From Chloroflexota bacterium (GTDB taxonomy: Bacteria; Chloroflexota; Dehalococcoidia; Lucifugimonadales; UBA3495), in assembly GCA_027623815.1 (NCBI GenBank), contig JAQBUV010000004.1, forward strand, positions 12,164-76,163: DNA of 64,000 nucleotides, written 5' to 3'. The notes below the pieces were generated by a model, which was not told the DNA's origin, made no database searches, and worked only from the letters and a program-made list of their open reading frames with translations. The position numbers and the translations under genes were made by a program. How positions within the stretch are numbered: position 1 is the first letter of the stretch; each line of letters begins with the position of its first letter. This document shows, piece by piece, positions 35,211 to 43,585 of this stretch.

Positions 35211-35713
35211 AGTCCGCTGGCTTTGAATTCCTTGGCGTGTTCCACCAGGCTGAGCGCAGTGCGTTTCATTGTCTCAATCTGGGCCTCGCTGACTGTGCGC
35301 TTGATCTCGCCGGGGACTCCGGTGACAAAGGAATTGTCGGGGATGTTAGTGTTGGCCAGCACCACTGAGTTGGCCGCAATCAAGCAGCGCTTTCCCAGGG
35401 TAGAGCGGTGCAGGAAGGTGCAGTTATTGCCCAATAGACAGCCTTCGCCGATGCGGTCGCCATGCACGACCACGCTGTGTCCAATGGTTACATAGTCCTC
35501 AACCACAAGGCCGCTGCCGTGGATTACGGCCCCTTCCTGGGCATTAACGTAATTACCAATGACTATTCCCTTCGCGCCGTCGCCCCGGATGGTGACGCCG
35601 GGCCAGATACTGGAATATTCGCCAATCTCCACGTCACCGACGACGTAAGCAGCCTCGCTTACCCAGGCGGTTGCGGCAATTTTGGGGGTCTTTTCGCCAA
35701 GGCTCCTGATCAA
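35207..35713 (-). CDS. Gamma-carbonic-anhydrase-like / hexapeptide-repeat (LbH) protein
   Basis: 168 aa. ...P.IAATAWVSEAAYVVGDVEIGEYSSIWPGVTIRGD... is typical of the YrdA/PaaY family. Confidence 0.85.
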   Translation of the reverse strand: MIRSLGEKTPKIAATAWVSEAAYVVGDVEIGEYSSIWPGVTIRGDGAKGIVIGNYVNAQEGAVIHGSGLVVEDYVTIGHSVVVHGDRIGEGCLLGNNCTFLHRSTLGKRCLIAANSVVLANTNIPDNSFVTGVPGEIKRTVSEAQIETMKRTALSLVEHAKEFKASGL

Positions 35714-35844
35714 GGTTTCCTCCTACTCGATACCGTCCTAACGCAACGCCAATGTCCCTCTTGGGGAGGAAAGGTAGAGGGTTGGGACGGGACTAAATCA
35801 GCGGTGATTATACTCCATTCTCCAGTTTGGTAGCGAATCTGGGG

Positions 35845-35995
35845 ACGGAAATACAGCAATTCTAATTATGGGGTTAATGTCGGTATTCACCCCGTCACGG
35901 CCCTCTTGTACATATACGAGTGATGGGTTCAGAGGAGCGATTTTCTGCCGATACGCGGGGTCGAATTGCCATAATTAGAATTGCTGACGGAAATA
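35845..35995. mobile_element. 133-bp MITE with perfect 18-bp TIRs and 9-bp target-site duplication
   Basis: TIRs are CAGCAATTCTAATTATGG (35854-35871) and its exact reverse complement (35969-35986). Flanking direct repeat ACGGAAATA at 35845-35853 and 35987-35995. Confidence 0.8.
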
Positions 35996-36019
35996 CCGCG
36001 AGGTGTTTACCCGGCGTAT

Positions 36020-36508
36020 TTACTCGTAAGCGCGGACTGCCCGGCGGGCGTCCATGTCCAGTTCTCGTTCGATCATGGTCTGGCGTTTGTCATATTGTCG
36101 CTTGCCGCGGGCCAGACCCAACTCGACCTTGGCGACGTGGTTCCTGATGTAGATGCGAAGGCCAACTACGGTTAATCCCTTTTGGGCCACGGCGGCGTTC
36201 AACTCTACGATCTGCTTACGATGCAGCAGCAGCTTGCGGGGCCTTCGCGGGTCGTGATTATTCAGGCTGGCTGGGTCATATGGGGCGATATGGGCATTAA
36301 CCAGCCACAGTTCGCCGTTCTCAGGTCGGGCGTAAGCATCGCGCAACTCCGCTCGGCCCCCCCGCACCGACTTGATCTCGGTGCCGGTCAGCACCAGACC
36401 CGCTTCATACTTTTCCAGTATCTCGTACTCGTGGAAAGCCTTGCGGTTTACAGTGATGTTGCGGTCGCCACTTTCGGTAGCCGCCGTCTTTTTCTTGGTC
36501 TTAGCCAA
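36020..36508 (-). CDS. smpB: SsrA-binding protein
   Basis: 162 aa. NRKAFHEYEILEKYEAGLVLTGTEIKSVR and a basic C-tail. Confidence 0.95.
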   Translation of the reverse strand: MAKTKKKTAATESGDRNITVNRKAFHEYEILEKYEAGLVLTGTEIKSVRGGRAELRDAYARPENGELWLVNAHIAPYDPASLNNHDPRRPRKLLLHRKQIVELNAAVAQKGLTVVGLRIYIRNHVAKVELGLARGKRQYDKRQTMIERELDMDARRAVRAYE

Positions 36509-37703
36509 CCTTGGCTATCTCTTGTTCTAGAATCTCAATCGCCTTGTTTAATTGGACATCTTCGGTGGCATCTGGCGGCAATTCCACCACAATCTCGGGA
36601 GTGATACCCTCACCCTCGATCAAGGTGCCGTTGGGGGTGTACCAGCGGGCGATGCTAAAGTATATTCCCGAACCGTCGCTCAAGGGTCGCAGGGTGTTGA
36701 CGCTGCCCTTGCCGAAGGAAGTAGTCCCAACCAGAGTGGCGCGATCATGGTCAATCAGCGCTCCCGACAATACCTCGCTGGCGCTGGCGCTGAACTGGTT
36801 AATCAGAACCACTACCGGGAATCCGCGCCCCTTGCCGCCGGACTTGACGTCCCAGTCATCGCGCTTTCCTTGAGAGTCGATCTCGTACAGCACCAGGCCA
36901 TCGTCCAGAAACTGGCTGGCAACGTCTACCACCGACCGGAGCAGTCCGCCGGGGTTGTTACGCAGGTCAACCACCAGCCCGATGCCGTTGGAGTCCTTGA
37001 ACTCTGCCAGGGCCGCTTCCACTTCATCATTGGTGTTATCGGCAAAATTGAATATCCTCAAGTGGCCCACGCCGTCGTCCAGCATGGTGAAGCTGACGCT
37101 ACTCAGCGGAATGACGCCGCGTTCTACGACTAGGGTAACCGGTTCGCCAACGTTCAGGTGCATCACCAGGAGTTCAACCGTGGTGCCTTTTAGACCACGA
37201 ATCTTGGAGACGGCTTCCAGAAGGGAAATGTTGGCGGTGGTTTCCCCATCAATGCGCAGGATGACATCGCCAGGACGAATACCCGCCCGCTGGGCCGGAG
37301 TATCTGGCATGGGGGCGATGATTATCAATTGGCCGTCCCGCAGCGCAACCTGAGCGCCGATACCTTCAAAGAATCCCTGGTAGTCCTGGGACTCTACACC
37401 AAACTGCTCCGCGTTCAGGAATGAGGCGTATGGGTCGCCCAATGCCTGGAGCATACCTCGGATTGCGCCATCGCTGACGCCCGCGGCATCCAGGCTTTCG
37501 CGATCAATATGTTCCTGCCTCAGTACTGACCACACCTCAGCCAGTCGATCAAACTCGGGAGGCAGATCATCAAAGCTCTGATTGGCGCTGCCGCCGACCC
37601 CACCCGGAAGTTCCAGCGTGTAACCAGAACCCAACGCGAAGGCGGTCAGGCCGACTACCACCACCAGAATAACCCATAAAATTCTAGACCGGTTCACCAC
37701 CAA
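36501..37703 (-). CDS. S41-family C-terminal processing peptidase with PDZ domain
   Basis: 400 aa. TM anchor, PDZ (AGIRPGDVILRIDG), S41 core (LRNNPGG, SASASE). Confidence 0.9.
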   Translation of the reverse strand: MVVNRSRILWVILVVVVGLTAFALGSGYTLELPGGVGGSANQSFDDLPPEFDRLAEVWSVLRQEHIDRESLDAAGVSDGAIRGMLQALGDPYASFLNAEQFGVESQDYQGFFEGIGAQVALRDGQLIIIAPMPDTPAQRAGIRPGDVILRIDGETTANISLLEAVSKIRGLKGTTVELLVMHLNVGEPVTLVVERGVIPLSSVSFTMLDDGVGHLRIFNFADNTNDEVEAALAEFKDSNGIGLVVDLRNNPGGLLRSVVDVASQFLDDGLVLYEIDSQGKRDDWDVKSGGKGRGFPVVVLINQFSASASEVLSGALIDHDRATLVGTTSFGKGSVNTLRPLSDGSGIYFSIARWYTPNGTLIEGEGITPEIVVELPPDATEDVQLNKAIEILEQEIAKVG

Positions 37704-37756
37704 GACTCCTGAGCAACTACCGCTAAAGAATGCACTTATTATCCCCTATTTTTCAT

Positions 37757-37790
37757 TGTAGCATACGTTGTAACATACGTTGTAACACAC
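37757..37790. repeat. 12-bp tandem repeat (TGTAACATACGT x about 2.8)
   Basis: TGTAGCATACGT TGTAACATACGT TGTAACACAC, in the long ctp/minC intergenic region. Confidence 0.8.
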
Positions 37791-37950
37791 TTTTCTATAT
37801 GCTCAGACGCTCGGTTTCAGCTTTGGTTTCAGGTTTAACGGAAGGCCTGCCAACCTGGAATAATTGATTCTGGCAACCAGCATCAGCAGAGTCAGAGCTC
37901 CGAGGCGTTAATGCCATCCCAACGTCTCAAATTTGCGTGTTACCCTTCAT

Positions 37951-37998
37951 GTTACCCAACGAGGTACGCCCCACGTTACCCAACGAGGTACGCCCCAC
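37951..37998. repeat. 24-bp perfect tandem duplication (GTTACCCAACGAGGTACGCCCCAC x 2)
   Basis: Two exact units at 37951-37974 and 37975-37998. Further G(T/G)TACCC copies occur at about 37939, 38041 and 38136. Confidence 0.85.
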
Positions 37999-38386
37999 TG
38001 AATTACCCCCCAGAGAATTGTTTAATGATGTCCTGATCCGGGTACCCAAGGTTTTTTTCGCCCAGCAACTAAAAAGAAAACTGAGTTTTCACCCGGGTCA
38101 GCTTGGATCGGTAACCGCCAACCCGGTGCCTAAAGTTACCCATTCTGGAATGCTCTCAAAATTGACGTCAGGGCACCTTGACTTGAGAAAATCCCAACTG
38201 ATATAACCCAACTACAACGTTGGGTGGTAGAAGATTTGGGTTGGGCGGTGGTTGCCTCACTCTCATTAGAATTGACGAGATAATCATTGCGGTTCGCCGC
38301 ACCCCCATTCACTTAGCTCAACGGCCAGGCATTTATTCGTTGGCGGGTTGTCCAGCGACGGACCATAGGCTGATCGAGAGCGAACT

Positions 38387-39628
38387 ATGTTGGAAACCAA
38401 AGTAGTCCAGGTAACTGGCCGCGGCTCTAGTGTGAACCTGGATATCGATGATTCCGTCCTATTTGATGATGTAATCAAGGGGCTGGGGAATCACCTGTCC
38501 GCCAACCGTTTGATGTATTCCAAAGGCACAATCACAGTCAATGTCGGACGTCGGATGCTGGACAAGGAAGAGCTGACTCAGATCAAGCATCTTATTGAAA
38601 AAGAGTCTGGGGTCACTGTGTCCCGGTTCTGGTGCCCACCCAATGTTCTTGAAGAAGCGCTTTCCGAGAACATGGGCTTCGGCGTGGCGGTCTCTCCCAG
38701 GGAAGAGCGCGCGCGAAAAGAGCCAGTCGGCGGGGAAATTGCCCACAATGACCCCCGGTTTTTCCAGAAACCTGAACCTACCCAGCCGGATGGCCCGGTC
38801 GGCTTGGAGTTGTGGGCACCTTATATCATGGAATTGCCTCAGCGGGTCGAGGATGAGAAACCCTCAATTGATGAGAAACCGTCAATCATTGAAGATCCCG
38901 TGGTGGTTGACGACCAGGTTGTGGAGGCACCTACCCAGAACGCTGTTGCCGTGGAAACCGTTGCCGTGGATACGGTTAATGTGGATACGGTTGCCGTGGA
39001 GGAAGCAACTGAGGCTGAGGCCGATGAAGTTTCCCACCCTGAGCGTGAAGTAGATCAGCCGGAACTAGTTGATGTCTCATCCGCCGAGGGCAAGCAGAAC
39101 CAGTCGCCGAAAGGCGATGAAGCTACCAATGGCGCGACTGGCGCGACTATCGAGACCAAGTGGCAGGTGGTCGGCAAGGCCGAGGTCACTCCGGTCAGAA
39201 GAATTGAACCGGCAGAAGAGGCAGGAGACCTGTCTGGGCTGAATCGGGGCAATGAAGCCCTACTGATCAAGACCCATTGCCGTTCTGGGGAAGTGATTCG
39301 CTATCCAGGGGACGTGGTGGTAATGGCCGACGTCAATCCGGGCAGTGAGATCATCGCCGACGGCGACATTTTAGTCTTTGGGAGCCTGCGGGGCTTTGCC
39401 CATGCGGGAGCTAGCGGTGACATTCAGGCCACGATTGTCGCTCAGAACTTCGAGACCCCTCGACTACAGATCGGACCCTTTGTGGGGATAGACCCCAAAC
39501 CCAAGAAGCGATCCAAATCCAATAATAGCGATCCCAGGATAGCCTACGTGCGTCGAAGATCGGTTTACGTCGCGCCATACACCGGGCGGTTCGGGGGGCA
39601 TAGTGGAGGAACATTGTATGACGGGTAG
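38387..39628 (+). CDS. minC: Septum site-determining protein MinC with an unusually long acidic linker
   Basis: 413 aa. MinC N-domain (aa 1 to about 100) and C-terminal beta-helix domain (CRSGEVIRYPGDVVVMADVNPGSEIIADGDILVFGSLRG). minD and minE follow. Confidence 0.88.
   Translation: MLETKVVQVTGRGSSVNLDIDDSVLFDDVIKGLGNHLSANRLMYSKGTITVNVGRRMLDKEELTQIKHLIEKESGVTVSRFWCPPNVLEEALSENMGFGVAVSPREERARKEPVGGEIAHNDPRFFQKPEPTQPDGPVGLELWAPYIMELPQRVEDEKPSIDEKPSIIEDPVVVDDQVVEAPTQNAVAVETVAVDTVNVDTVAVEEATEAEADEVSHPEREVDQPELVDVSSAEGKQNQSPKGDEATNGATGATIETKWQVVGKAEVTPVRRIEPAEEAGDLSGLNRGNEALLIKTHCRSGEVIRYPGDVVVMADVNPGSEIIADGDILVFGSLRGFAHAGASGDIQATIVAQNFETPRLQIGPFVGIDPKPKKRSKSNNSDPRIAYVRRRSVYVAPYTGRFGGHSGGTLYDG
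38945..39004 (+). repeat. Four tandem 15-nt coding repeats (VAV-E/D-T pentapeptides) in the MinC linker
   Basis: GTTGCCGTGGAAACC GTTGCCGTGGATACG GTTAATGTGGATACG GTTGCCGTGGAGGAA. A separate duplicated EKPSI motif (EKPSIDEKPSII) lies at about 38853-38888. Confidence 0.85.
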
Positions 39629-40436
39629 GACCATAGTCATCACCTCAGGAAAGGGTGGTGTGGGCAAGACCACCACAACGGCCAATATTGGCACCGGACT
39701 GGCCATGCGCGGCCATCAGGTTGTCGTTATTGACACCGACATCGGCCTGCGTAACTTGGATGTAGTGATGGGGCTGGAAAATCGGATTGTCTACGATTTA
39801 GTTGACATAATCGAAGGCAAGTGCAAAATGCATCAGGGAATGATTCGAGACAAGAATAAGCTTGAATTGTTTCTGATTCCGGCCGCCCAGACCCGGGACA
39901 AGAACTGCATCAACCCGGAGCAAATGAAGGAATTGTGCGCCAAACTGGAGCGCGAGTTCGACTATGTGCTCATTGACTGTCCGGCTGGAATTGAGCAGGG
40001 TTTTAAGAACGCCATCGCCGCCGCCCAGGAAGCGATACTGGTCACGACTCCAGAGGTGTCGGCCATCCGCGACGCCGACCGGGTGATAGGCCTATTAGAA
40101 TCCGAGGGGCTGCACCGCCCCAGGCTGATCATCAACCGGATCAGGCCCGGCATGGTCAAGCGCGGCGACATGATGGACAAGGACGATATCACTGAGTTAC
40201 TGGCCATCGACATACTGGGCATGGTGCCCGCAGACGACCGTTTGATCATTGCCACCAATCAGGGCGTCCCGGTGATTTATGACAAACGCGCGCCGTCGGG
40301 ATTGGCGTTCTCCCGAATCGCAGCCAGGATTGACGGCGAGGATATTCCTCTAATGGACTTGGGGCCTAAAAATGGCATTATGGACAAAGTAAAAGAAATC
40401 ATGGGTATCAATCGGGGTGCGTATTCCAATGCGTGA
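39618..40436 (+). CDS. minD: Septum site-determining ATPase MinD
   Basis: MTGRTIVITSGKGGVGKTTTTANIG deviant Walker A. GGAGG lies 8 nt upstream of the ATG at 39618. C-terminal amphipathic tail. Confidence 0.95.
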   Translation: MTGRTIVITSGKGGVGKTTTTANIGTGLAMRGHQVVVIDTDIGLRNLDVVMGLENRIVYDLVDIIEGKCKMHQGMIRDKNKLELFLIPAAQTRDKNCINPEQMKELCAKLEREFDYVLIDCPAGIEQGFKNAIAAAQEAILVTTPEVSAIRDADRVIGLLESEGLHRPRLIINRIRPGMVKRGDMMDKDDITELLAIDILGMVPADDRLIIATNQGVPVIYDKRAPSGLAFSRIAARIDGEDIPLMDLGPKNGIMDKVKEIMGINRGAYSNA

Positions 40437-40698
40437 TTTGATACGATGGGTAGTTACCAGAAAGGAAAACACCAAAAACGCGGCTCGCAACCGTCTGCAA
40501 ATGGCCTTGATGCGAGACCGTATGGATTTGTCGCCGGACATCATCAACGCCTTGAAGATTGACCTGCTGGCGGTGATGTCCCAGTACCTGGTGGTTGGCG
40601 ACGAGTTCCAGGAATTCGGCATCCGTCGCTTGGACGAGTCGGTGTTCCTGGTGTCTAATATTCGGGTGAAAGAGTTGCCACGGGCCAACGCTAACTAA
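40417..40698 (+). CDS. minE: Cell division topological specificity factor MinE
   Basis: 93 aa. AARNRLQMALMRDRMDLSPDIINALKIDLLAVMSQY. The start may be 40417 or 40429. Confidence 0.9.
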   Translation: MRIPMRDLIRWVVTRKENTKNAARNRLQMALMRDRMDLSPDIINALKIDLLAVMSQYLVVGDEFQEFGIRRLDESVFLVSNIRVKELPRANAN

Positions 40699-40770
40699 CC
40701 CAAGATCGTGCGTCTGGCGGTGCCCAGAATCAAACAAAAGAAGTTCTTAGTCTCCAATGGTGGTAGACAG

Positions 40771-40807
40771 AAAAAGGACGGTCAAGTTCAACTTGGCCGT
40801 CCTTTTT
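40771..40807. terminator. Bidirectional rho-independent terminator between minE and the convergent ABM gene
   Basis: AAAAAGGACGGTCAAG-TTCAA-CTTGGCCGTCCTTTTT, with A/T runs on both sides. Confidence 0.85.
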
Positions 40808-40828
40808 CTTTTAGAGATAACGACTCGG

Positions 40829-41158
40829 TTAATCGGCTGGGGGACGTTTGATCCATTTCTCAGGGGCAGGATAGACCGGAGTGGCGAGCTGGCGCACGTT
40901 CTCAGTGGCGAACCAGTCCTTGCATTCCTCCCGCCACTTGGTGAAGTGGGGAGCAGCACGGTGGGCCGCCACCGCGGCATCGTCCCGGTACACTTCGTAC
41001 AGATGCAAGCGGTTCTCGTCCTCATTATCCTGGAGCACATCGAACCGCAGACAGCCCGGCTCGTCATTGTTCGAGCCACGGGCGTCTCCCATCATTGAGG
41101 TCATGAATTGGTCTTTGAATCCCGGCTTGATGTTGATGGTAACTATCAGGGCTATCAT
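40829..41158 (-). CDS. Antibiotic-biosynthesis-monooxygenase (ABM) family protein / putative quinol monooxygenase
   Basis: 109 aa. IKPG..DQF.......ARGSNNDEPGCLRFDVLQD.....LHLYEVYRDDAAVAAH...PHF. Confidence 0.8.
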   Translation of the reverse strand: MIALIVTINIKPGFKDQFMTSMMGDARGSNNDEPGCLRFDVLQDNEDENRLHLYEVYRDDAAVAAHRAAPHFTKWREECKDWFATENVRQLATPVYPAPEKWIKRPPAD

Positions 41159-41366
41159 CCTGCCTCCTCAGTTGTGTAGTTTGGTGTATAGTTTGGTTCG
41201 TCCTCAAATGGCCAGCGACATTATAGCTGGGCCTTCATAACGGCACAAGTTTGGCGCAAATTTATGGATAAGAATATATGCCTGAAATTGGGCGGTGTGA
41301 CCGCAAAACAATGACAGCCCCAAACCAACGTTGTAGAATGGCCTCACCAATCGCAGGGAGGCTGAT

Positions 41367-41582
41367 ATGGCCGATATACCCATTGTATATACCCTCACTG
41401 TTTGACCGGCCAGCGACCGGTTGCGCGACGCGTGGCGTCGTCAGGGTATCAAATACGAAGAGCGCCGGGTGGACCAGGCTCAGGAGACTCTGGACGAAGC
41501 TCTCGACTACGGTGATACTGTGCCGATAATCGTCTACCCCGATGGTCGGGTGGAAATCGGTTTTGAAGGACACACCGGTTGA
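41367..41582 (+). CDS. Glutaredoxin-like thioredoxin-fold protein with in-frame TGA at the active-site Cys position (candidate selenoprotein, or pseudogene)
   Basis: ATG 41367 lies 5 nt after AGGGAGG. Translation: MADIPIVYTLTV-[TGA 41403-41405]-PASDRLRDAWRRQGIKYEERRVDQAQETLDEALDYGDTVPIIVYPDGRVEIGFEGHTG, with the stop at 41580-41582. Grx-like homology continues on both sides of the TGA. Confidence 0.55.
41425..41441 (+). promoter_or_regulatory. SECIS-like hairpin candidate downstream of the in-frame TGA
   Basis: GCGACGC-GUG-GCGUCGU: 6 Watson-Crick pairs plus 1 G-U, GUG apical loop. It starts 20 nt after the TGA. Confidence 0.3.
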
Positions 41583-41670
41583 GAGATCGGCTGACGGGCT
41601 GTACGCCCGTCCTAATATCCAGAAACAAGGCTAACCAGATAAAGATTTGTCCAATCAGGAGGTGGAGCAG

Positions 41671-42255
41671 ATGGCACGACAGACCAGCGTGGTAACACCG
41701 GAGCGGTTTGCGCAGGGATTCACCTACGCCGATTACATCAACCAGATTAAGGTGAACAAGGCCCGATTCGAGGATTTCTATAACAACTTCAAGGTTACTC
41801 CTGAAGATACCAAGGCATTGCAGACTCTGGAGCAACGGGCCGACGGCCCCACCAAGATGCTGGTGCTGGGCGAGGACTGGTGCGGCGACGTGATACGGGG
41901 CATGCCGGTGTTGGCCAGAATCGCCGAGGCGGGTGGGCTAGAGATGCGGGTGTTCCCTCGTGACGAACATCAGGACATCATGAATGAGTTTCTGAAGAAC
42001 GGCGAATGGATGTCCATTCCCGTGGCGGTGTTCTACACCAAAGACGACCGCTACATCTGCCATTGGATCGAGCGGCCTGATGTTGCTGACCGGGAAATGC
42101 AGGAAATCGAAAAAGCCATTCGGGCGGAGACTCCCGACATCAGCGACCAGGACTTTGGTCGAGAGCGTCGCGCCCGCACTGCCGCCAAAGCTGAAGAGTG
42201 GCAGCGCGCCAGTGTCACGGAAATCATCGGCTTGCTCAACCGGAGCCTGGGCTAG
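41671..42255 (+). CDS. Thioredoxin-fold family protein (monothiol WCGDV motif)
   Basis: LVLGEDWCGDVIRGMPVLARI followed by a thioredoxin-like body. ATG 41671 lies 8 nt after GGAGG. The tracked ORF starts at TTG 41647. Confidence 0.7.
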   Translation: MARQTSVVTPERFAQGFTYADYINQIKVNKARFEDFYNNFKVTPEDTKALQTLEQRADGPTKMLVLGEDWCGDVIRGMPVLARIAEAGGLEMRVFPRDEHQDIMNEFLKNGEWMSIPVAVFYTKDDRYICHWIERPDVADREMQEIEKAIRAETPDISDQDFGRERRARTAAKAEEWQRASVTEIIGLLNRSLG

Positions 42256-42266
42256 AATAATCAAAG

Positions 42267-42298
42267 GGGCGGGCTGCTAACCCGCCCTTAGACTTTTT
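42267..42298 (+). terminator. Candidate terminator
   Basis: GGGCGGG-CTGCTAA-CCCGCCC, then TTAGAC, then TTTTT. Confidence 0.5.
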
Positions 42299-42410
42299 CG
42301 AATCTATTTCAAAACCCCTGAGACGCAAAGTTCGCAGAGATTATTTGGGGTTACTTTCGTTCCGCTCTCACCGTCCCCAGTGGCTCTGCGGTGAGTTTTG
42401 AGCTAGTCCC

Positions 42411-43403
42411 TCAGCCTACCGCCAGGCCTCTAACCTCTTTGGCCGCTTCGGGCAATGGATAAGCTATCCAGGTGGCCCCATCATCGGCAGAGCCGAAGGC
42501 CTCACCGTCTCGCGCTACGCAGAACACGTTCCTGGAAGCGCGCGGGTCGGCCCGCACCGCCATCATGGTGCTGTTGGCCGTAACTCCGACTCCCACCTTT
42601 TCAAAAGTCTTGAACAGGTCGCGGCTGCGATAAAGCGCGCCCTGCTTGCTGCGGGCAGCCGCCCCAATCGACACGAACAACACGTTGGGATCGTAGGGAG
42701 CCGCCCACAGGTCGCGGGTGTAGGTGATCTCCGAGTACTGCCCAAAATTTACCGGTATCCAGTCGCTGCCCCGGTCTGGCCCAATGAATGGCCCCTGCCT
42801 GGTGGTGATAAACACGGTGTGCGGTGATGCCGCCGTGCACTGGACTCCGTGCAGGTCCAGGGTGTTCTCGCTGGGAGCCAGCGACCCGGTAATTTCATCC
42901 CAGGTCTCTCCGCCATCGGAGCTGCGGATTACCCCGGCTACTTCCAGCGCCGCGTACATCTCGTCGGGGAAGTTGGGGTCGGCGGCCAGACCGATGACTC
43001 TGGTTGGGAAGTTCATCTGGCATTCATTGGAACCCATCATCGCCGACAGCTTCTGCCAGGAGTCGCCGCTGTTCGTGCTCCGGTAAATTTCTCCGGGGGC
43101 AGTGCCCAGGTACATTACACTGGGGTCTCCGGGCCGGAACAGGAAGGTCCATACTCCCGGCGCGCCCGCCGGATAGTCCAGGCGTTCCCAATGGCTGCCC
43201 CGGTCAGAACTGCGATAGGGGCCGTTGTTGGTGCCGACGTAAACTATGTCTGGATTTTCCGGATGTACCGCAATGCCCTGGACTTGAACCTGGTTGGGGA
43301 GTCCACTGGACAATGTTTCCCACTGGTCAGAGCCTGCCGAAAGCCGGTACAATCCGCTGTTTTCTGCCCCGACGTATACATTGGCGCTTCCGCTAAAGGC
43401 CAT
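42411..43403 (-). CDS. BNR/Asp-box repeat beta-propeller protein (Ycf48/sialidase-like fold)
   Basis: 330 aa with at least five S-x-D-x-G-x-(T/S)-W boxes (SSDRGSHW, STNSGDSW, SSDGGETW, GPDRGSDW, SADDGATW). Confidence 0.8.
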   Translation of the reverse strand: MAFSGSANVYVGAENSGLYRLSAGSDQWETLSSGLPNQVQVQGIAVHPENPDIVYVGTNNGPYRSSDRGSHWERLDYPAGAPGVWTFLFRPGDPSVMYLGTAPGEIYRSTNSGDSWQKLSAMMGSNECQMNFPTRVIGLAADPNFPDEMYAALEVAGVIRSSDGGETWDEITGSLAPSENTLDLHGVQCTAASPHTVFITTRQGPFIGPDRGSDWIPVNFGQYSEITYTRDLWAAPYDPNVLFVSIGAAARSKQGALYRSRDLFKTFEKVGVGVTANSTMMAVRADPRASRNVFCVARDGEAFGSADDGATWIAYPLPEAAKEVRGLAVG

Positions 43404-43503
43404 GAGCTTTTACCTCCCAAGTTTTCGAAGATAGTAATCCGTCCGACCTATTCCAGCAGAAGCAGTGAGGCTTGTCAAATTGGCTGGGGTAACCTCTGCG
43501 CCA

Positions 43504-43547
43504 GCAAAAGAAGATCCCCGGCGGTTGGAACTACGCCGGGGATCTTC
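43504..43547 (-). terminator. Rho-independent terminator ending the - strand purine operon
   Basis: On the - strand: GAAGATCCCCGGCG-loop-CGCCGGGGATCTTC (14-bp perfect stem) followed by TTTTG. Confidence 0.8.
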
Positions 43548-43585
43548 GATATTCGGGAATTAACTTTGAGATAACCAGGCCAATG

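Noticed and set aside
35714-36019. Looked for tmRNA (ssrA) beside smpB
   Set aside because: No tRNA-like acceptor/T-arm with CCA end and no tag reading frame. The structured sequence here is explained by the 133-bp MITE with TIRs and TSD.
37937-38206. 89-aa ORF in the minC upstream region with a duplicated LPNEVRPT peptide
   Set aside because: The peptide repeat is just the translation of the 24-bp DNA tandem duplication. There is no SD, and the composition is not protein-like.
42849-43574. 241-aa + strand ORF opposite the BNR propeller gene. Similar long antisense ORFs lie at 51010-51720 (opposite guaA), 55703-56314 (opposite apgM) and 6523-7026 (opposite the TPP enzyme).
   Set aside because: All lie opposite genes with strong homology-type motifs and themselves show no recognisable features. 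This is expected in sequence of this GC content.
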